Positions 9,997-20,258 of a DNA stretch of 64,000 bases are shown here, piece by piece. Both the position numbers and the translations under genes were made by a program. A model generated the notes under the pieces. It was not told the origin of the DNA, did not search any database, and saw only the letters and a list, made by a program, of their open reading frames with translations. Location of the stretch: NCBI GenBank assembly GCA_030059675.1, contig JANVYQ010000002.1, positions 175,184 through 239,183 on the forward strand. Reading direction: 5' to 3'. Source of the stretch: Candidatus Pelearchaeum maunauluense (GTDB lineage Archaea > Thermoproteota > Nitrososphaeria_A > Caldarchaeales > Caldarchaeaceae). Position 1 is the stretch's first letter; every line of letters starts with the position of its first letter.

Positions 9997-11998
9997 CAGT
10001 TCTTGGGGTATATATGCGCCCCTCAGTTATAAGACGTGTTAGTATTCTGCTAATCTCAGCTTCGGTGAGTCCTTCTCTGAGAAGCTCGTTTCGCAGTTCT
10101 TCATCGGCAGCATATCCATGCTCATTCTCAAATCGTTTGATAACGTCTATCACTAGCATCATCTTGTCTCGAACACTCTTGGGCTTGCCTGTCAGTATAA
10201 CGTCAATATCTGGGCTTCCAGTTCCTATGTCTATCCCAACCTCAGAGAGGCTTCTCTTCATAAGAGCTATAGCTGCTTGAGCGTCTTCCTCGGTAGCTTG
10301 CTCGCGCAGAGCAGCTCGTGCTCTCGCCTCAGTCATCCTAATCAACGACTCAAACTGCCGTGCAGTAATGCTAACAGTAGAAGTCTTCTCATACATAGAG
10401 CGCATCTGAAGATAAAACTCCTCAAGCAGCCTCATGGCGGCAGGAGTGAGAACAGGCTCTATACGCTTTGCAAACGCTATATATTTCCTTAAGACTTCAG
10501 GCGGAATTGGCGGAGACACTACTGGAGCGCCTATTGAATGAAGCGCCGCTATATGCGACGAGATCTTCTTATCCTGGTCTGGACTGGGCTCATCGCGGAG
10601 AACAAAAATTAGGTCAAAACGCGAAAGTATAGTTATGGGAAGATTAACATTCTCGGTGAAGTTCCTATAGGGGTCGTATCTACCAAGCGCTGGGTTAGCC
10701 GCAGCTAATACAGCTGTTCTAGCATTAAGGGTAGCTACTATACCTCCTTTAGCTATGCTGACAGTTTGTTGCTGCATTGCTTCATGTATGGCCACACGGT
10801 CTTCAGGTCTCATCTTGTCAATTTCATCTATGGCGCATATTCCCATATCTGCCAAGACCATGGCCCCTGCCTCCAGGACCATGCCTCCATTCTTCTCGCG
10901 GACAACCGCAGCTGTCAAGCCAGCGGCAGTAGAACCTCTCCCAGACGTATAGAGCCCACGCGGCGCTATTGACGCTACATACTGCAGAAGCTGGCTTTTA
11001 GCAGTACCAGGGTCTCCTACTAGGAGTATGTTCATCTCACCCCTAACACGCAGCCCATCTCGGAATGTCTTCGTCTTTCCCCCCATGAGAAGGAGGAGAA
11101 TAGCATCCTTAATGTGCTCCAAACCGTATATGGAAGGAGCTATAGAGTCTCTCAGCTTAATGTGTATATTCTTGTCGCGGGCCATCTCTCTGAACATACG
11201 CTCCTCTTCAGGAGTTATCTGAATAGCCTGCGGCTCCTTACTTGCAGCCTCTATGCTGATTGCATCAAGATATAGCTTGAAGGTTTTAAGTGGCTGGTCG
11301 CCAGTTCGCTCCTGAGCTGACTGGACAACACCCACAACTATAACCCTATCACCAGGCCTAACAACATCAACCAAATCACCGCGGGCGCGGACTTCTATTA
11401 CGCGAGGAAGCTGGCCTGGAGGCAGGTCTTCTGGCTTCTCCTGAACACCAATAACCTGATAATCCTGATAATGCGACTCCTCTGGAACTAGTTCAAAACT
11501 AGGTTTTCTAGCTCTGCATGTGGCGTTTGTGCATCTATCAGGCTGTTTTAATCTATTGGCATCTTGTTCAACTCGATAGGTAGTTCCACAATATTTGCAT
11601 CTAAAAAGCCCAGTCTTAAGTATGGGTTTTACCACAGAGGCACGCGCCACCAAGCCGTCTATCATTATTAGCTTTCTGAGATGCGCTGCGCGTATTTCTC
11701 TAATAGCTGTGACGCTAGGTATGCCTACTATCCTAGCGTGAAACTCATCAATGCTCGCCGCATACTGGGGGTCTTCTATCTGAAGCTGTTTAAAACAGGC
11801 TTTATCAAGAGCTGGTATATTACGTAATGGGTTATTTACTAGGTCGTTGGCGAATGTCTCGTCGTATGAGAGGAGGTCTGAGAACTCTACGGGTATACTC
11901 TTCTTTCCAGTCAGCGCTGCTTGCGCGAGTAGTTGTCTATACTTCTCCATCTTGAAGAATGCTACGAGTTTCTCATCAAGCGGTATAGGACGCTCCAT
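9977..11998 (-). CDS. mcm: Replicative helicase MCM, no intein
   Basis: Zn finger, GDPGTAKSQ, IDEIDKM and SRFD. Confidence 0.97.
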   Translation of the reverse strand: MERPIPLDEKLVAFFKMEKYRQLLAQAALTGKKSIPVEFSDLLSYDETFANDLVNNPLRNIPALDKACFKQLQIEDPQYAASIDEFHARIVGIPSVTAIREIRAAHLRKLIMIDGLVARASVVKPILKTGLFRCKYCGTTYRVEQDANRLKQPDRCTNATCRARKPSFELVPEESHYQDYQVIGVQEKPEDLPPGQLPRVIEVRARGDLVDVVRPGDRVIVVGVVQSAQERTGDQPLKTFKLYLDAISIEAASKEPQAIQITPEEERMFREMARDKNIHIKLRDSIAPSIYGLEHIKDAILLLLMGGKTKTFRDGLRVRGEMNILLVGDPGTAKSQLLQYVASIAPRGLYTSGRGSTAAGLTAAVVREKNGGMVLEAGAMVLADMGICAIDEIDKMRPEDRVAIHEAMQQQTVSIAKGGIVATLNARTAVLAAANPALGRYDPYRNFTENVNLPITILSRFDLIFVLRDEPSPDQDKKISSHIAALHSIGAPVVSPPIPPEVLRKYIAFAKRIEPVLTPAAMRLLEEFYLQMRSMYEKTSTVSITARQFESLIRMTEARARAALREQATEEDAQAAIALMKRSLSEVGIDIGTGSPDIDVILTGKPKSVRDKMMLVIDVIKRFENEHGYAADEELRNELLREGLTEAEISRILTRLITEGRIYTPRTGAYKVA

Positions 11999-12012
11999 CC
12001 ACGCTCACCTTC

Positions 12013-12540
12013 TCAACCCATAACACCCCGTTCCCACTCTTCAACAAGACGTGAAACATAGTCGTAGAGAAGCTCCTCTTCAGGGGTTAGTTTCTTAACT
12101 ACCTCACTCTTCATCTTCTTAACTGCAAACTGGATAATTTTAGCCATTCTAAGAGTCATAATGTCCCTCACCATATCTCTTATACGTTCATCTCCCGATA
12201 TGCTGGCTGCTCGTTTAGATTCCATGTAGAAGTAGCGTGGAAGGGTCTGTAGTTCTAGTGGACTGTTCTTCTCCCGCCATTCCAACTGCATTAACTGTTG
12301 CAGTGAGGGGGGCTTATCAGCCCATTCTGCCACATTCATCTCCACGAGACGCTGGGCTAGCCACTGCTTGACGTATATGATGCTACCCTTCTTGACGTCT
12401 TCAAAAACCTGGCCCGAGACTATTAGTTTGGGGATATCGCGTGTGATGGTTATTCTTGTTGTTGAGTTTAGGTATTCCAGCCTTAGTTCCTCAAGCCTAT
12501 CCCTTAAGCCTGTTGCCAGTAGGTCTTCAGAGCGTAACAT
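12013..12540 (-). CDS. gins23: GINS subunit Gins23
   Basis: WLAQRL, LQTLPRYFY, RMAKII and LTPEE; located directly upstream of mcm. Confidence 0.8.
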   Translation of the reverse strand: MLRSEDLLATGLRDRLEELRLEYLNSTTRITITRDIPKLIVSGQVFEDVKKGSIIYVKQWLAQRLVEMNVAEWADKPPSLQQLMQLEWREKNSPLELQTLPRYFYMESKRAASISGDERIRDMVRDIMTLRMAKIIQFAVKKMKSEVVKKLTPEEELLYDYVSRLVEEWERGVMG

Positions 12541-12823
12541 GGCCTCTTAGGATGTTGCCGCGCTTCTGTGGTATTAAGTCTGACTTGGCCATGAGGAGGG
12601 ATATAGCCATGTTATTAACGTGGAAAGCAGCGGGGCCACACCCTAGGCTTAAGGAGAGTCATGGAAAAGGTGTTAAAAGGAGGGTTTTTGGCTTGGGCTG
12701 GGGCAAACAAACCAACCACAAGAGAACCCAACAAGAACCGGCGATTAAGAATCCTAAACCATCATCATGAGAGAGGGGAAAACTATTATTCTTGAAATGA
12801 AAACCCAGCTATGCGGATAAGGT

Positions 12824-13831
12824 TTGAGAATAGGGATAGTTGGGGGAGGCGTTTCTGGAAGCTATCTAGCGTCTCTCTTAGATGAGAAACATAACGTAAT
12901 AATATATGAGAGGCAGGAGTTTGAAAAATTCTATGCCGTATGTGCGTGGGGAACAAGTCTCCACGAGCTTAGGAGATTATCATCAAAAATAGGGCTTGAC
13001 TTTGATGAGTACGTACTCTTTACTGGTAAGCGTATGATTGTCCAACTCCCAAATAGGGAGCTTGAGATACCCCTTAAGGGGTTATGCACATTTGATAAAC
13101 GGCGATTTGTGATGGATATGCATAAAGGAAAGGAGATTGTTTACGGCAGAGCAATTGATAAAGCTCCGTCTGACAGGTATAATATCGTGATTGATGCTAC
13201 AGGGTTTAATCGCGCGCTCCTACCCAAGATAAAGAAAGATTATTTCATACCGACGCTTGAGTATAGAGTTCGGTTTAACTCGCCGCCGTTTGACGATTTC
13301 ATGGTACGGCCTCTCAAGGGGCTATGTGGCTATCTTTGGTTCTTCCCACTTGAGAATGGATACGCCCACGTGGGTGCTGGAGACTACTATAAGCGCCATG
13401 TGGATGTTCTTCGTGAGTTTATGCGCGAGCATGGCGGTGAAATAGTCAAGAAGATAGGTAGGCCCGTGCGCATAGCGCCGCCACACCTATGCCAGCCCAT
13501 AATGGAGGGAAATGTTATAGGGGTGGGCGAGAGCATAGGCGTTGTCTATCCAGCCCTAGGAGAGGGGATAATCCCAGGAATGCAGTGCGCAGAGCTACTA
13601 GCGCGGCACATTGAAAGAGGAACACTCCAACAATACCCGTCGGAAGTTATCAAAAAGTTTGATGTTTATGAGAAGGTTTTCGAGTTCATAAGGAAGAAGA
13701 TTAAGGGAGAGTTTAGCTGGTTAAAAGACTTCAATCTCGTCCTTAGCGCCTTTTTGCATATGAAGCTGGCCGAAGATAGGTATGGCATGAAGATACGGCT
13801 TAGAGATTGGCTTAATGTGGTTAGAAGCTAG
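12824..13831 (+). CDS. FAD-dependent oxidoreductase, geranylgeranyl reductase family
   Basis: GGGVSG, IDATG, GYLWFFP and VGESIGVVYPALGEGI. Confidence 0.8.
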   Translation: MRIGIVGGGVSGSYLASLLDEKHNVIIYERQEFEKFYAVCAWGTSLHELRRLSSKIGLDFDEYVLFTGKRMIVQLPNRELEIPLKGLCTFDKRRFVMDMHKGKEIVYGRAIDKAPSDRYNIVIDATGFNRALLPKIKKDYFIPTLEYRVRFNSPPFDDFMVRPLKGLCGYLWFFPLENGYAHVGAGDYYKRHVDVLREFMREHGGEIVKKIGRPVRIAPPHLCQPIMEGNVIGVGESIGVVYPALGEGIIPGMQCAELLARHIERGTLQQYPSEVIKKFDVYEKVFEFIRKKIKGEFSWLKDFNLVLSAFLHMKLAEDRYGMKIRLRDWLNVVRS

Positions 13832-13885
13832 CCGAATGGGCGGTTAAGGTTTATTTATAGGCTGAATCAAGCGCAGACAAGGTGA

Positions 13886-15133
13886 TTGGTCCTAGGTGTC
13901 GCCAAGCTTGTATGTAGAATATGCGGTGCAGAATACCCGCCAACGCTAAGGAACGTGTGCGACAAGTGCCTAGGGGCAGTTGATGTTATATACGAAGAAC
14001 CACACGAAAATCTCAAAAATCTGCTCTCAACACGCACGGCACGCGGGGTATGGCGTTATAAGGAACTTTTACCCATAACAAGGGAAGAGCATATAGTAGA
14101 CATAGGTGCTGGAGGCTCGCCGCTCATCCGCGCTGAGGAGCTGGGTAGAAGGATAGGAATCCGGAAACTCCTAATCAAGAATGATACGATAAATCCGAGC
14201 TTCTCTTTTAAGGATAGACCATCTTCAGTAGCGGTTTCAAAGGCGCGTGAATTCAACCTACCAGCGGTGGGCTGCGCATCAACGGGTAATTTAGCCTCAG
14301 CAACTTCCGCACATGCATCGGCAGCAAATATTCCTTGTATAGTCCTAATGCCTGATACAGTCGAGCTTCCCAAAATACGACAAGCATCAATGTATGGCTC
14401 ACACATAATCCTAGTGGACGGAACATACGACGACACTAACCGACTAGCTTACTTACTAACTGAGAGGACGCGTATAGGAATGGTGAATGTGAATCTAAGA
14501 CCATACTACGTAGAGGGCTCTAAGACTATGATGTTTGAGATAGTTGAGCAGCTTGGCTGGAGGGCTCCTGAGAATATAATAATACCTATGGCCAGCGGCG
14601 CGCTGTTAGGTGCTCTGCATAAAGCTCTACGCGAGCTAGAGGGATTCAACATCCTGGACGATATTAACACGGTCTTTCATGGTGTCCAGCCCGTGGGCTG
14701 CGCTCCCATAAGCGATGCTTATGCGCGGAATGCTGAAGAGGTCATTCCAGTCAAGACACCTAACACCATAGTGAAGAGTCTTGCTATAGGAAGTCCAGGA
14801 GACGGAGAATATGCTCTAGGAATAGTGCGTAAGACAGGCGGAACATGCCAAGCCATAAGCGACAAAGACACTGTGGAGGCTGTTCACCTACTATGCCAGA
14901 CTACTGGAATATATGCTGAGCCTGGCGGAGCTATCACGGTCGCTGCAGCCAAAAAAATGCGTGAAGAAGGCATATTGGATGCGGGGGATGAGGTGGTATG
15001 CTGCGTAACAGGCGCTGGCTATAAGGCTGACGAACTCATAGAACCGCGTGGCAAGACATATGCGGTGAAGCCGAAGATATCAGAAGTGCTACAGAGATTA
15101 AGCGCAGAGCTGCCAGTAATAGCCAGTGCATGA
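13886..15133 (+). CDS. thrC: Threonine synthase (PLP-dependent, ThrC/cysteate synthase family)
   Basis: N-terminal CxxC pairs, NPSFSFKDR and ASTGNLA. Confidence 0.85.
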   Translation: MVLGVAKLVCRICGAEYPPTLRNVCDKCLGAVDVIYEEPHENLKNLLSTRTARGVWRYKELLPITREEHIVDIGAGGSPLIRAEELGRRIGIRKLLIKNDTINPSFSFKDRPSSVAVSKAREFNLPAVGCASTGNLASATSAHASAANIPCIVLMPDTVELPKIRQASMYGSHIILVDGTYDDTNRLAYLLTERTRIGMVNVNLRPYYVEGSKTMMFEIVEQLGWRAPENIIIPMASGALLGALHKALRELEGFNILDDINTVFHGVQPVGCAPISDAYARNAEEVIPVKTPNTIVKSLAIGSPGDGEYALGIVRKTGGTCQAISDKDTVEAVHLLCQTTGIYAEPGGAITVAAAKKMREEGILDAGDEVVCCVTGAGYKADELIEPRGKTYAVKPKISEVLQRLSAELPVIASA

Positions 15134-15445
15134 CTACTGTCGCTGATAAAGTTGCCTCAACAACTTTACAGCGTCAACAAACTTCGTCGAGGTTAATTGG
15201 AGCCCTTCAGATTCGCTTAACTCCCTTACAATTGACTGCTCTAAAATTGCGTAGCCCGGCCCGAAGATTGTACGTAAAGCTTGTGAGAAAATTTCAGGCT
15301 TGTCAGGTATTTCGCCCCGCCTAACTCCAAAACTATTTTCAAGATGAAAGTATAACGCTCTCGTACCATTCTCGCCTAGAACCGATAATGCCCTATCTAC
15401 GGCGTCTTGGACTATTCTTCTTAGTATATCATGGTCTTTGCTTAT
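15134..15445 (-). CDS. DUF3227-like small protein, not in the ORF track, with an ATA start (or a lost ATG)
   Basis: Open 103-codon frame ...AVDRALSVLGENGTRALYFHLENSFGVRRGEIPDKPEIFSQALRTIFGPGYAILEQSIVREL..., directly downstream of the GvpD-like gene. Confidence 0.7.
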   Translation of the reverse strand: MSKDHDILRRIVQDAVDRALSVLGENGTRALYFHLENSFGVRRGEIPDKPEIFSQALRTIFGPGYAILEQSIVRELSESEGLQLTSTKFVDAVKLLRQLYQRQ

Positions 15446-15449
15446 GTTG

Positions 15450-16847
15450 CTACACCACTGGTGTTAGTCTCAGCTTGGGGAATCCTTCGGAATAGTCGTA
15501 GTAATCATACATTAGTGGGGATGGTGGCTTCGCCGTATATACGACCATAGCGCCCTCAACCTACTTAACGCATAAATGCATATCACACATGTCTGATATC
15601 TTGTCCTTTATCTCACTAGACGCCCTTGAACCAAATACGACTACATCATCATCTTCGCGTACCCTAATAATCATCTCTGAGATTTCCTTCATAATTTCAT
15701 CACTCGGATAAATGTGCTCCAGCTTATCTACTCCCAACAATAAGAAACAAGGTTTCCTCCCATTCTTGCGAAGCTCTTGAATAGCACCACGTAGATTTTC
15801 CATACTCTTTTTAAATGATGAACGGTCGAGTTTGAAATATTCCTTATCCTGTATATGTTCTCCGAAAATTCCTGTCTTTTGCCTCTCTTTTATATCTCGC
15901 TCATTAAGGTATGGTTTTATTGATTCGTTGATATATTGAGGTCTAACACCCCCAAAAGGTATTGCCACAACGCCTCCATCCTGAGCCAGCATATTCATCC
16001 TAATCTGCGCCAGAATGAAGAAATGCCATTCGGTGGGAGCGGTCTTACCTATCTCAAAAAATACTGCAGAACCCCCCTTTTTTAATCCGCCAGCGAGAAG
16101 TGCGTCAAAGTCTTCGCTTCCTGTCGAGTAATGTGTAGTTGTATGGGATATTGGCTTAAACTGTGATGGTTGTATCTTTTTTAGATTTTCTTCCTGGATG
16201 GGCTTGAATACTGTGAATCTCCCCCCATAAAGCGTAAAGAGCCTTCTACGCCTTGCTATGGCCTGTCCTCGGATTTTCTCTACATAAATCTTCCTAGCTC
16301 GCCTATTCTCAAACTCTTCATCACGAAGCTCTATAACCGCATCAACCAAATAATCCGCGGCTGTTATGTCTGGATTCTCGCTTACTATAACTAGTGTAGA
16401 ATCGCTTGACTCAACTATTGCGGCAAGTGTCTTCTCTACACGAAGCCTCTCTTTCTCGTCAAGCTCCCGTGTTAGAGCATCAAGCGAATCCAAAACAATG
16501 AGAGGCAGCCTCAGTCTATGCACAGCTTCAATAACCTTAGAAACTATATCAGAGACAGTACCTAGCCTGAGGTCTTCAAACGATACCTTGATAGCCTCAG
16601 CTAGATACTCCTGAACGGCACTCCTCTCCACAAGCTCTCTAATATGGGGGAAGTGCTGGCCGAGCTTAATCTCAGACACACGCGTAGATATGAACAACCC
16701 GCCTTTAGCAGCCTTAAGAAGCTATACAGCAAGAGTAGTCTTACCAGTCCCAGGCTCCCCCTTAATGATTATCGTCTTAATATTAGGGTCGATTAAGTCA
16801 CCAATTCTAAACTCATTAACTAAATGCCATTCCTTACCAACGCTCAC
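15450..16847 (-). pseudogene. GvpD/KaiC-like RecA-superfamily double-domain ATPase with premature stops
   Basis: Walker A KGEPGTGKTT is followed by an in-frame TAG (16722-16724). A second TAG lies at 15561-15563, and the tail (YDYSEGFPKLRLTPVV*) is frameshifted. Confidence 0.8.
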
Positions 16848-16912
16848 TAACAAAAACCACAAAACACAAACTTAAATCATTTATCATGCAAACATAGAAA
16901 GTACTAAGATAT

Positions 16913-16972
16913 TGCTCAGAGCTCAAGATCTAGATCATAGCTCCTCTCAGCCTGGTCAGACTCATCATCGCA
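16913..16972 (-). ncRNA. Box C/D methylation guide sRNA
   Basis: Minus strand reads C ATGATGA, guide GTCTGACCAGG, D' CTGA, C' ATGATCT, guide AGATCTTGAGCT, D CTGA. It has a TGC/GCA terminal stem, is intergenic and has an upstream TTTAAA. Confidence 0.85.
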
Positions 16973-17082
16973 TTATAGAAAATGCTAAATTGTGTTTTAA
17001 ATTTATCGTCGTTGGAAGCTGTGTAATACTCAACAACGTGTCTGAGGTAGGTTTTATGTAGGAGATTTTCGTTTGTTGTGAT

Positions 17083-17877
17083 GTGAGTTTTGAGACTATA
17101 CGCGTAGAGGATAGAGGAAGCATTAGGTACGTCGTGTTGAATAGGCCAGAGTCCTTCAACGCCTTTACTACCGAGATGCGTTATGAGCTGTTAGAAGCGT
17201 TTAGGGCGTCTGAGCTTGATGAAGGTATTCGCGTGATTGTCATAACGGGGGCTGGAAAGGCTTTTGCAAGCGGTGAAGATCTGAAGGAGCTGTGGGGTCT
17301 GTATAAGGCTGGTAAGCGTCCCGATTTTAAGAAGATGCTTGAAGAGGAATACCATCCATTACTGGTTGCTCTTCGGAGGTCGCGGAAGCCGTTTATCGCT
17401 GCAATAAACGGCGCTGCTGCTGGTGCTGGGTTAAGCTTGGCGTTAGCGTGCGACTATAGAGTAGCATCTGAAAACGCTACCTTTACTACTGCGTTCATAC
17501 GCGTAGGGTTAATACCTGATACTGGGGCGAATTACTTCTTACCGAGGCTCGTGGGGCTGGCTAAGGCTCTAGAGCTCTGCCTTCTAAGCCCCCGCCTAAC
17601 AGCTCAAGAAGCTCTCAATATAGGGCTGGTCAATAAAGTAGTTCCTGCTGGTGATTTTGAGAAGGCAGTAGAGGAGACTGCTCTAATGTTTGCCGAACTA
17701 CCTCCCCTAGCTGTGGGATATATTAAAGAGGCAATAAACGCAAGCCTGAGCCAAACGTTGGAGGATGCGCTTAAGCTTGAGGCAGAGCTCCAAGATAGGG
17801 CTGGAAGAAGCGAGGATCACCTAGAAGGGGTTAGGGCTTTCATAGAAAAACGTAAACCAAGCTTCAAGGGGAGGTAG
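17083..17877 (+). CDS. Enoyl-CoA hydratase/isomerase (PaaG-like)
   Basis: LNRPESFNA, AFASGEDL, NGAAAGAG, GLIPDTG and EGVRAFIEKRKP. Confidence 0.9.
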   Translation: MSFETIRVEDRGSIRYVVLNRPESFNAFTTEMRYELLEAFRASELDEGIRVIVITGAGKAFASGEDLKELWGLYKAGKRPDFKKMLEEEYHPLLVALRRSRKPFIAAINGAAAGAGLSLALACDYRVASENATFTTAFIRVGLIPDTGANYFLPRLVGLAKALELCLLSPRLTAQEALNIGLVNKVVPAGDFEKAVEETALMFAELPPLAVGYIKEAINASLSQTLEDALKLEAELQDRAGRSEDHLEGVRAFIEKRKPSFKGR

Positions 17878-18889
17878 ATAGCTCGGCAAGCTTAGCCTCA
17901 ACAGGTGTGAAGTCCCCCGTCAAAACCTCATAGTGTATATCATCTCCAATCTTCCTTACCACAACACCGCACCAACATAAAAATTCTAAATGTGATATAG
18001 TCTCCAGCAGGGCAAGCCATTTATCAAGCGCAGAGAGAGTGTCAAAATGGCCGCGTGACCACTTTATTTGACGCGCCACTTCTGTTATCTTTGATTCACC
18101 CGATAGTAGCGCTTCAAGAGTTTGCCTAAGCCGCTCATTATGGTGGTGATAAAGCTCTCCGATTCTACTTTCGGCGGAACTGAAAGGCTCGCCGTGGGAG
18201 GGAATAACTATCGATGGCCGTATGCGCTTAACCATTGTAAGCGAAGCCAGATAATCCCTCAGGGGATTATAGCCCTTTATAGGATAAAACGGCACGTTAG
18301 ATGTCTCTTCGGGGAGAAGATGGTCTCCTGAGATAAGCGCCCCATTATCATTATTGTACAGACAAACATGTCCTGGAGTATGTCCTGGAGTGTGAATTAT
18401 TCTCCAAATACCGCTTATGCTTTCTATTGATAGTCCTTCGTTAATCAGCTGGTTAGGTCTTGGTATATTTTTACGCTCTTGCGATATAATCTTCAAAACC
18501 TTATCCATAATAATATCCTGCACACCTAACAGTCTAAGCCATGAAACTCCTTCTTCGGAAACAGCTCTTGATAAGGCGTTTATAACCTCCATCTCCCTCC
18601 GATGCATCATGACGCTAGGGGAGAAACGTGCAATAACCTGGTTAACGCCGCCATAATGGTCGTAATGTATATGGGTTATTATTAGTCGGCTTATCCTGAT
18701 ACTGTTTCCCAACTCATCATGAATTGTTGAAAGCAACTCGCGTGATGTGCTGTGAAATCCAGCGTCAACCATGGTATATTCGTCATTTTTATTCTGTATT
18801 AGGAAGACATTTACATGGCCAATCCCGCCCTCGGAATAATCTATCCTAATCCTATAAAGCCCGTCAAATATCGTGGAGAATCTGCTCAT
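17864..18889 (-). CDS. MBL-fold metallo-hydrolase with a C-terminal wHTH
   Basis: THIHYDH, HTPGHTPGH, SGDHLL and PSHG. Confidence 0.88.
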   Translation of the reverse strand: MSRFSTIFDGLYRIRIDYSEGGIGHVNVFLIQNKNDEYTMVDAGFHSTSRELLSTIHDELGNSIRISRLIITHIHYDHYGGVNQVIARFSPSVMMHRREMEVINALSRAVSEEGVSWLRLLGVQDIIMDKVLKIISQERKNIPRPNQLINEGLSIESISGIWRIIHTPGHTPGHVCLYNNDNGALISGDHLLPEETSNVPFYPIKGYNPLRDYLASLTMVKRIRPSIVIPSHGEPFSSAESRIGELYHHHNERLRQTLEALLSGESKITEVARQIKWSRGHFDTLSALDKWLALLETISHLEFLCWCGVVVRKIGDDIHYEVLTGDFTPVEAKLAELSTSP

Positions 18890-19489
18890 ATACTCCTCGG
18901 CGTTATGTAGCGTTATTACCTTGGTATTTTAGTGCTACCCCCCCTCACTTTCAATCACCTCTCCATACTTAATTCCAGTCTTGAAACACTTAGAATTTGG
19001 ATAATGAGGCTATTCAAAGACGAGGAGAGGTTATCCCCTGAATATGTTCCGAGCAAACTACCTCATAGAGAGAAGGAATTTTCAATTCTCAAGTGATTCT
19101 TCTCCTCACTCATAAGTGGAAAGACGCAGTATAGTGTGCGTGCCGTGATTACAGGCTCCGTTGGAACTGGAAAGACTTCGCTAGCTAAATTATGCGGCCA
19201 AGGAGTAGAGCTGGAAGCAAGAAAAAACAGAAGAACAGTACATTACATACACATAAACTGCAGGATTAACCGTTCTCTATACTCGGTTCTTAGGAGGCTG
19301 GGCGAGGTTATAAACGCGCCACTACCCAAACGCGGCTTCTCAGATGAAGAGGTTATGCATTCTCTGCTTAAGTATCTTTCAAGGAGCAACACATACGTAA
19401 TTCTGGGATTGGATGAGGTGGAGGTTCTATTCTCAGAAGAAGGGGCTGAGCCTTTCTATTTCCTCTCACGTATAGGTGAGGAAACCGCC

Positions 19490-19720
19490 GAATCCGCCTC
19501 GTTCGAAAATTGCAGTGCCGACACTCGAGATTTTCCCCCCTTCCCATGACTAGGGCAAGGTTTCTAACCGAAACTTGTATATTGAACAATTTGGCGAGCG
19601 CGGTGGCAACCGCTAGAGCCAGCTGAGTCCCGGATCCTAATCCAACATGCTCAGGAATTGTCTGTTTGACATTAATGGAAACTTTAGCTTCTACATGATA
19701 CTTTTCGAGGAATCTGCTCC
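19490..19720 (-). pseudogene. Fragment of beta-RFAP synthase (GHMP kinase family)
   Basis: IPEHVGLGSGTQLALAVA and MGRG, then a frameshift into SSVGTAIFERGGF. Confidence 0.8.
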
Positions 19721-20258
19721 ACCCATAAGCTGCTCCGCCACACCCCCTCCCCCATCTCGGATAGGCCGTCATGCACTCAAATTCCTCCGCTTGCTGCTGT
19801 CCGCTTTGTAAGGCGAAGTAATATTCATCCGCCACATACGTCGGGTGCAGCTCACCTATCCTTCGGCATCTGGCGATGATGATCTTCTTGGCAGCGGGTT
19901 TGACGCCGAACTCATCGCGAATCTGTTCAAGGACAGTCCATGCAGACCTCGGGCGGAGGAATGGGACTCTGCCTCTTTCCTTTTCCCATTCCTCCCTTTC
20001 GGTCGCTTTTTCCTTCTTCCTTTCTTTCTCCTTCTCCTTTTCAGGCTCTAACTCCTCTAAGCCGACCTTCTTGATGAACTTCTTTGGTACCAGCTCCATC
20101 CCCACATCCTTTCCACAGGTTGAGCACTTGACCCAGCCACGCCTCGAACTGTGGTAAAGGAACTCAGTCACTGGCTGTCCACAGCTCGGACACTCAAAAG
20201 TTTCTTGTTCCGGACTCTCCTTCTCTTTTACTTCTTCTATATCCAACATTTTTGACAC
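19721..20258 (-). pseudogene. Zn-ribbon protein fragment, probably from a mobile element, fused in frame to the RFAP synthase fragment
   Basis: CPSCG...CSTCG followed by an E/K-rich linker. It lies inside the cdc6 insertion. Confidence 0.5.

Noticed and set aside
12545-12780. Possible third C/D sRNA (ATGATGA on the minus strand at 12762-12768) or ORF 12456..12770
   Set aside because: There is no D/D' CTGA at the proper spacing, and the ORF has no recognisable features and overlaps gins23.
15130-15324. Plus-strand 64-aa ORF after thrC as a MoaD/ThiS remnant
   Set aside because: It has no C-terminal GG, and the antisense frame encodes a coherent DUF3227-like protein.
18369-18392. Direct repeat TGTCCTGGAGT x2
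   Set aside because: It simply encodes the HTPGHTPGH motif.
18973-18988. ORB-like TTCCAGTCTTGAAAC upstream of cdc6, and a lone TTCCAGAGGAAT near 55235
   Set aside because: Wrong spacing or single copy, with no G-string and no AT-rich unwinding element. Not enough to call an origin.
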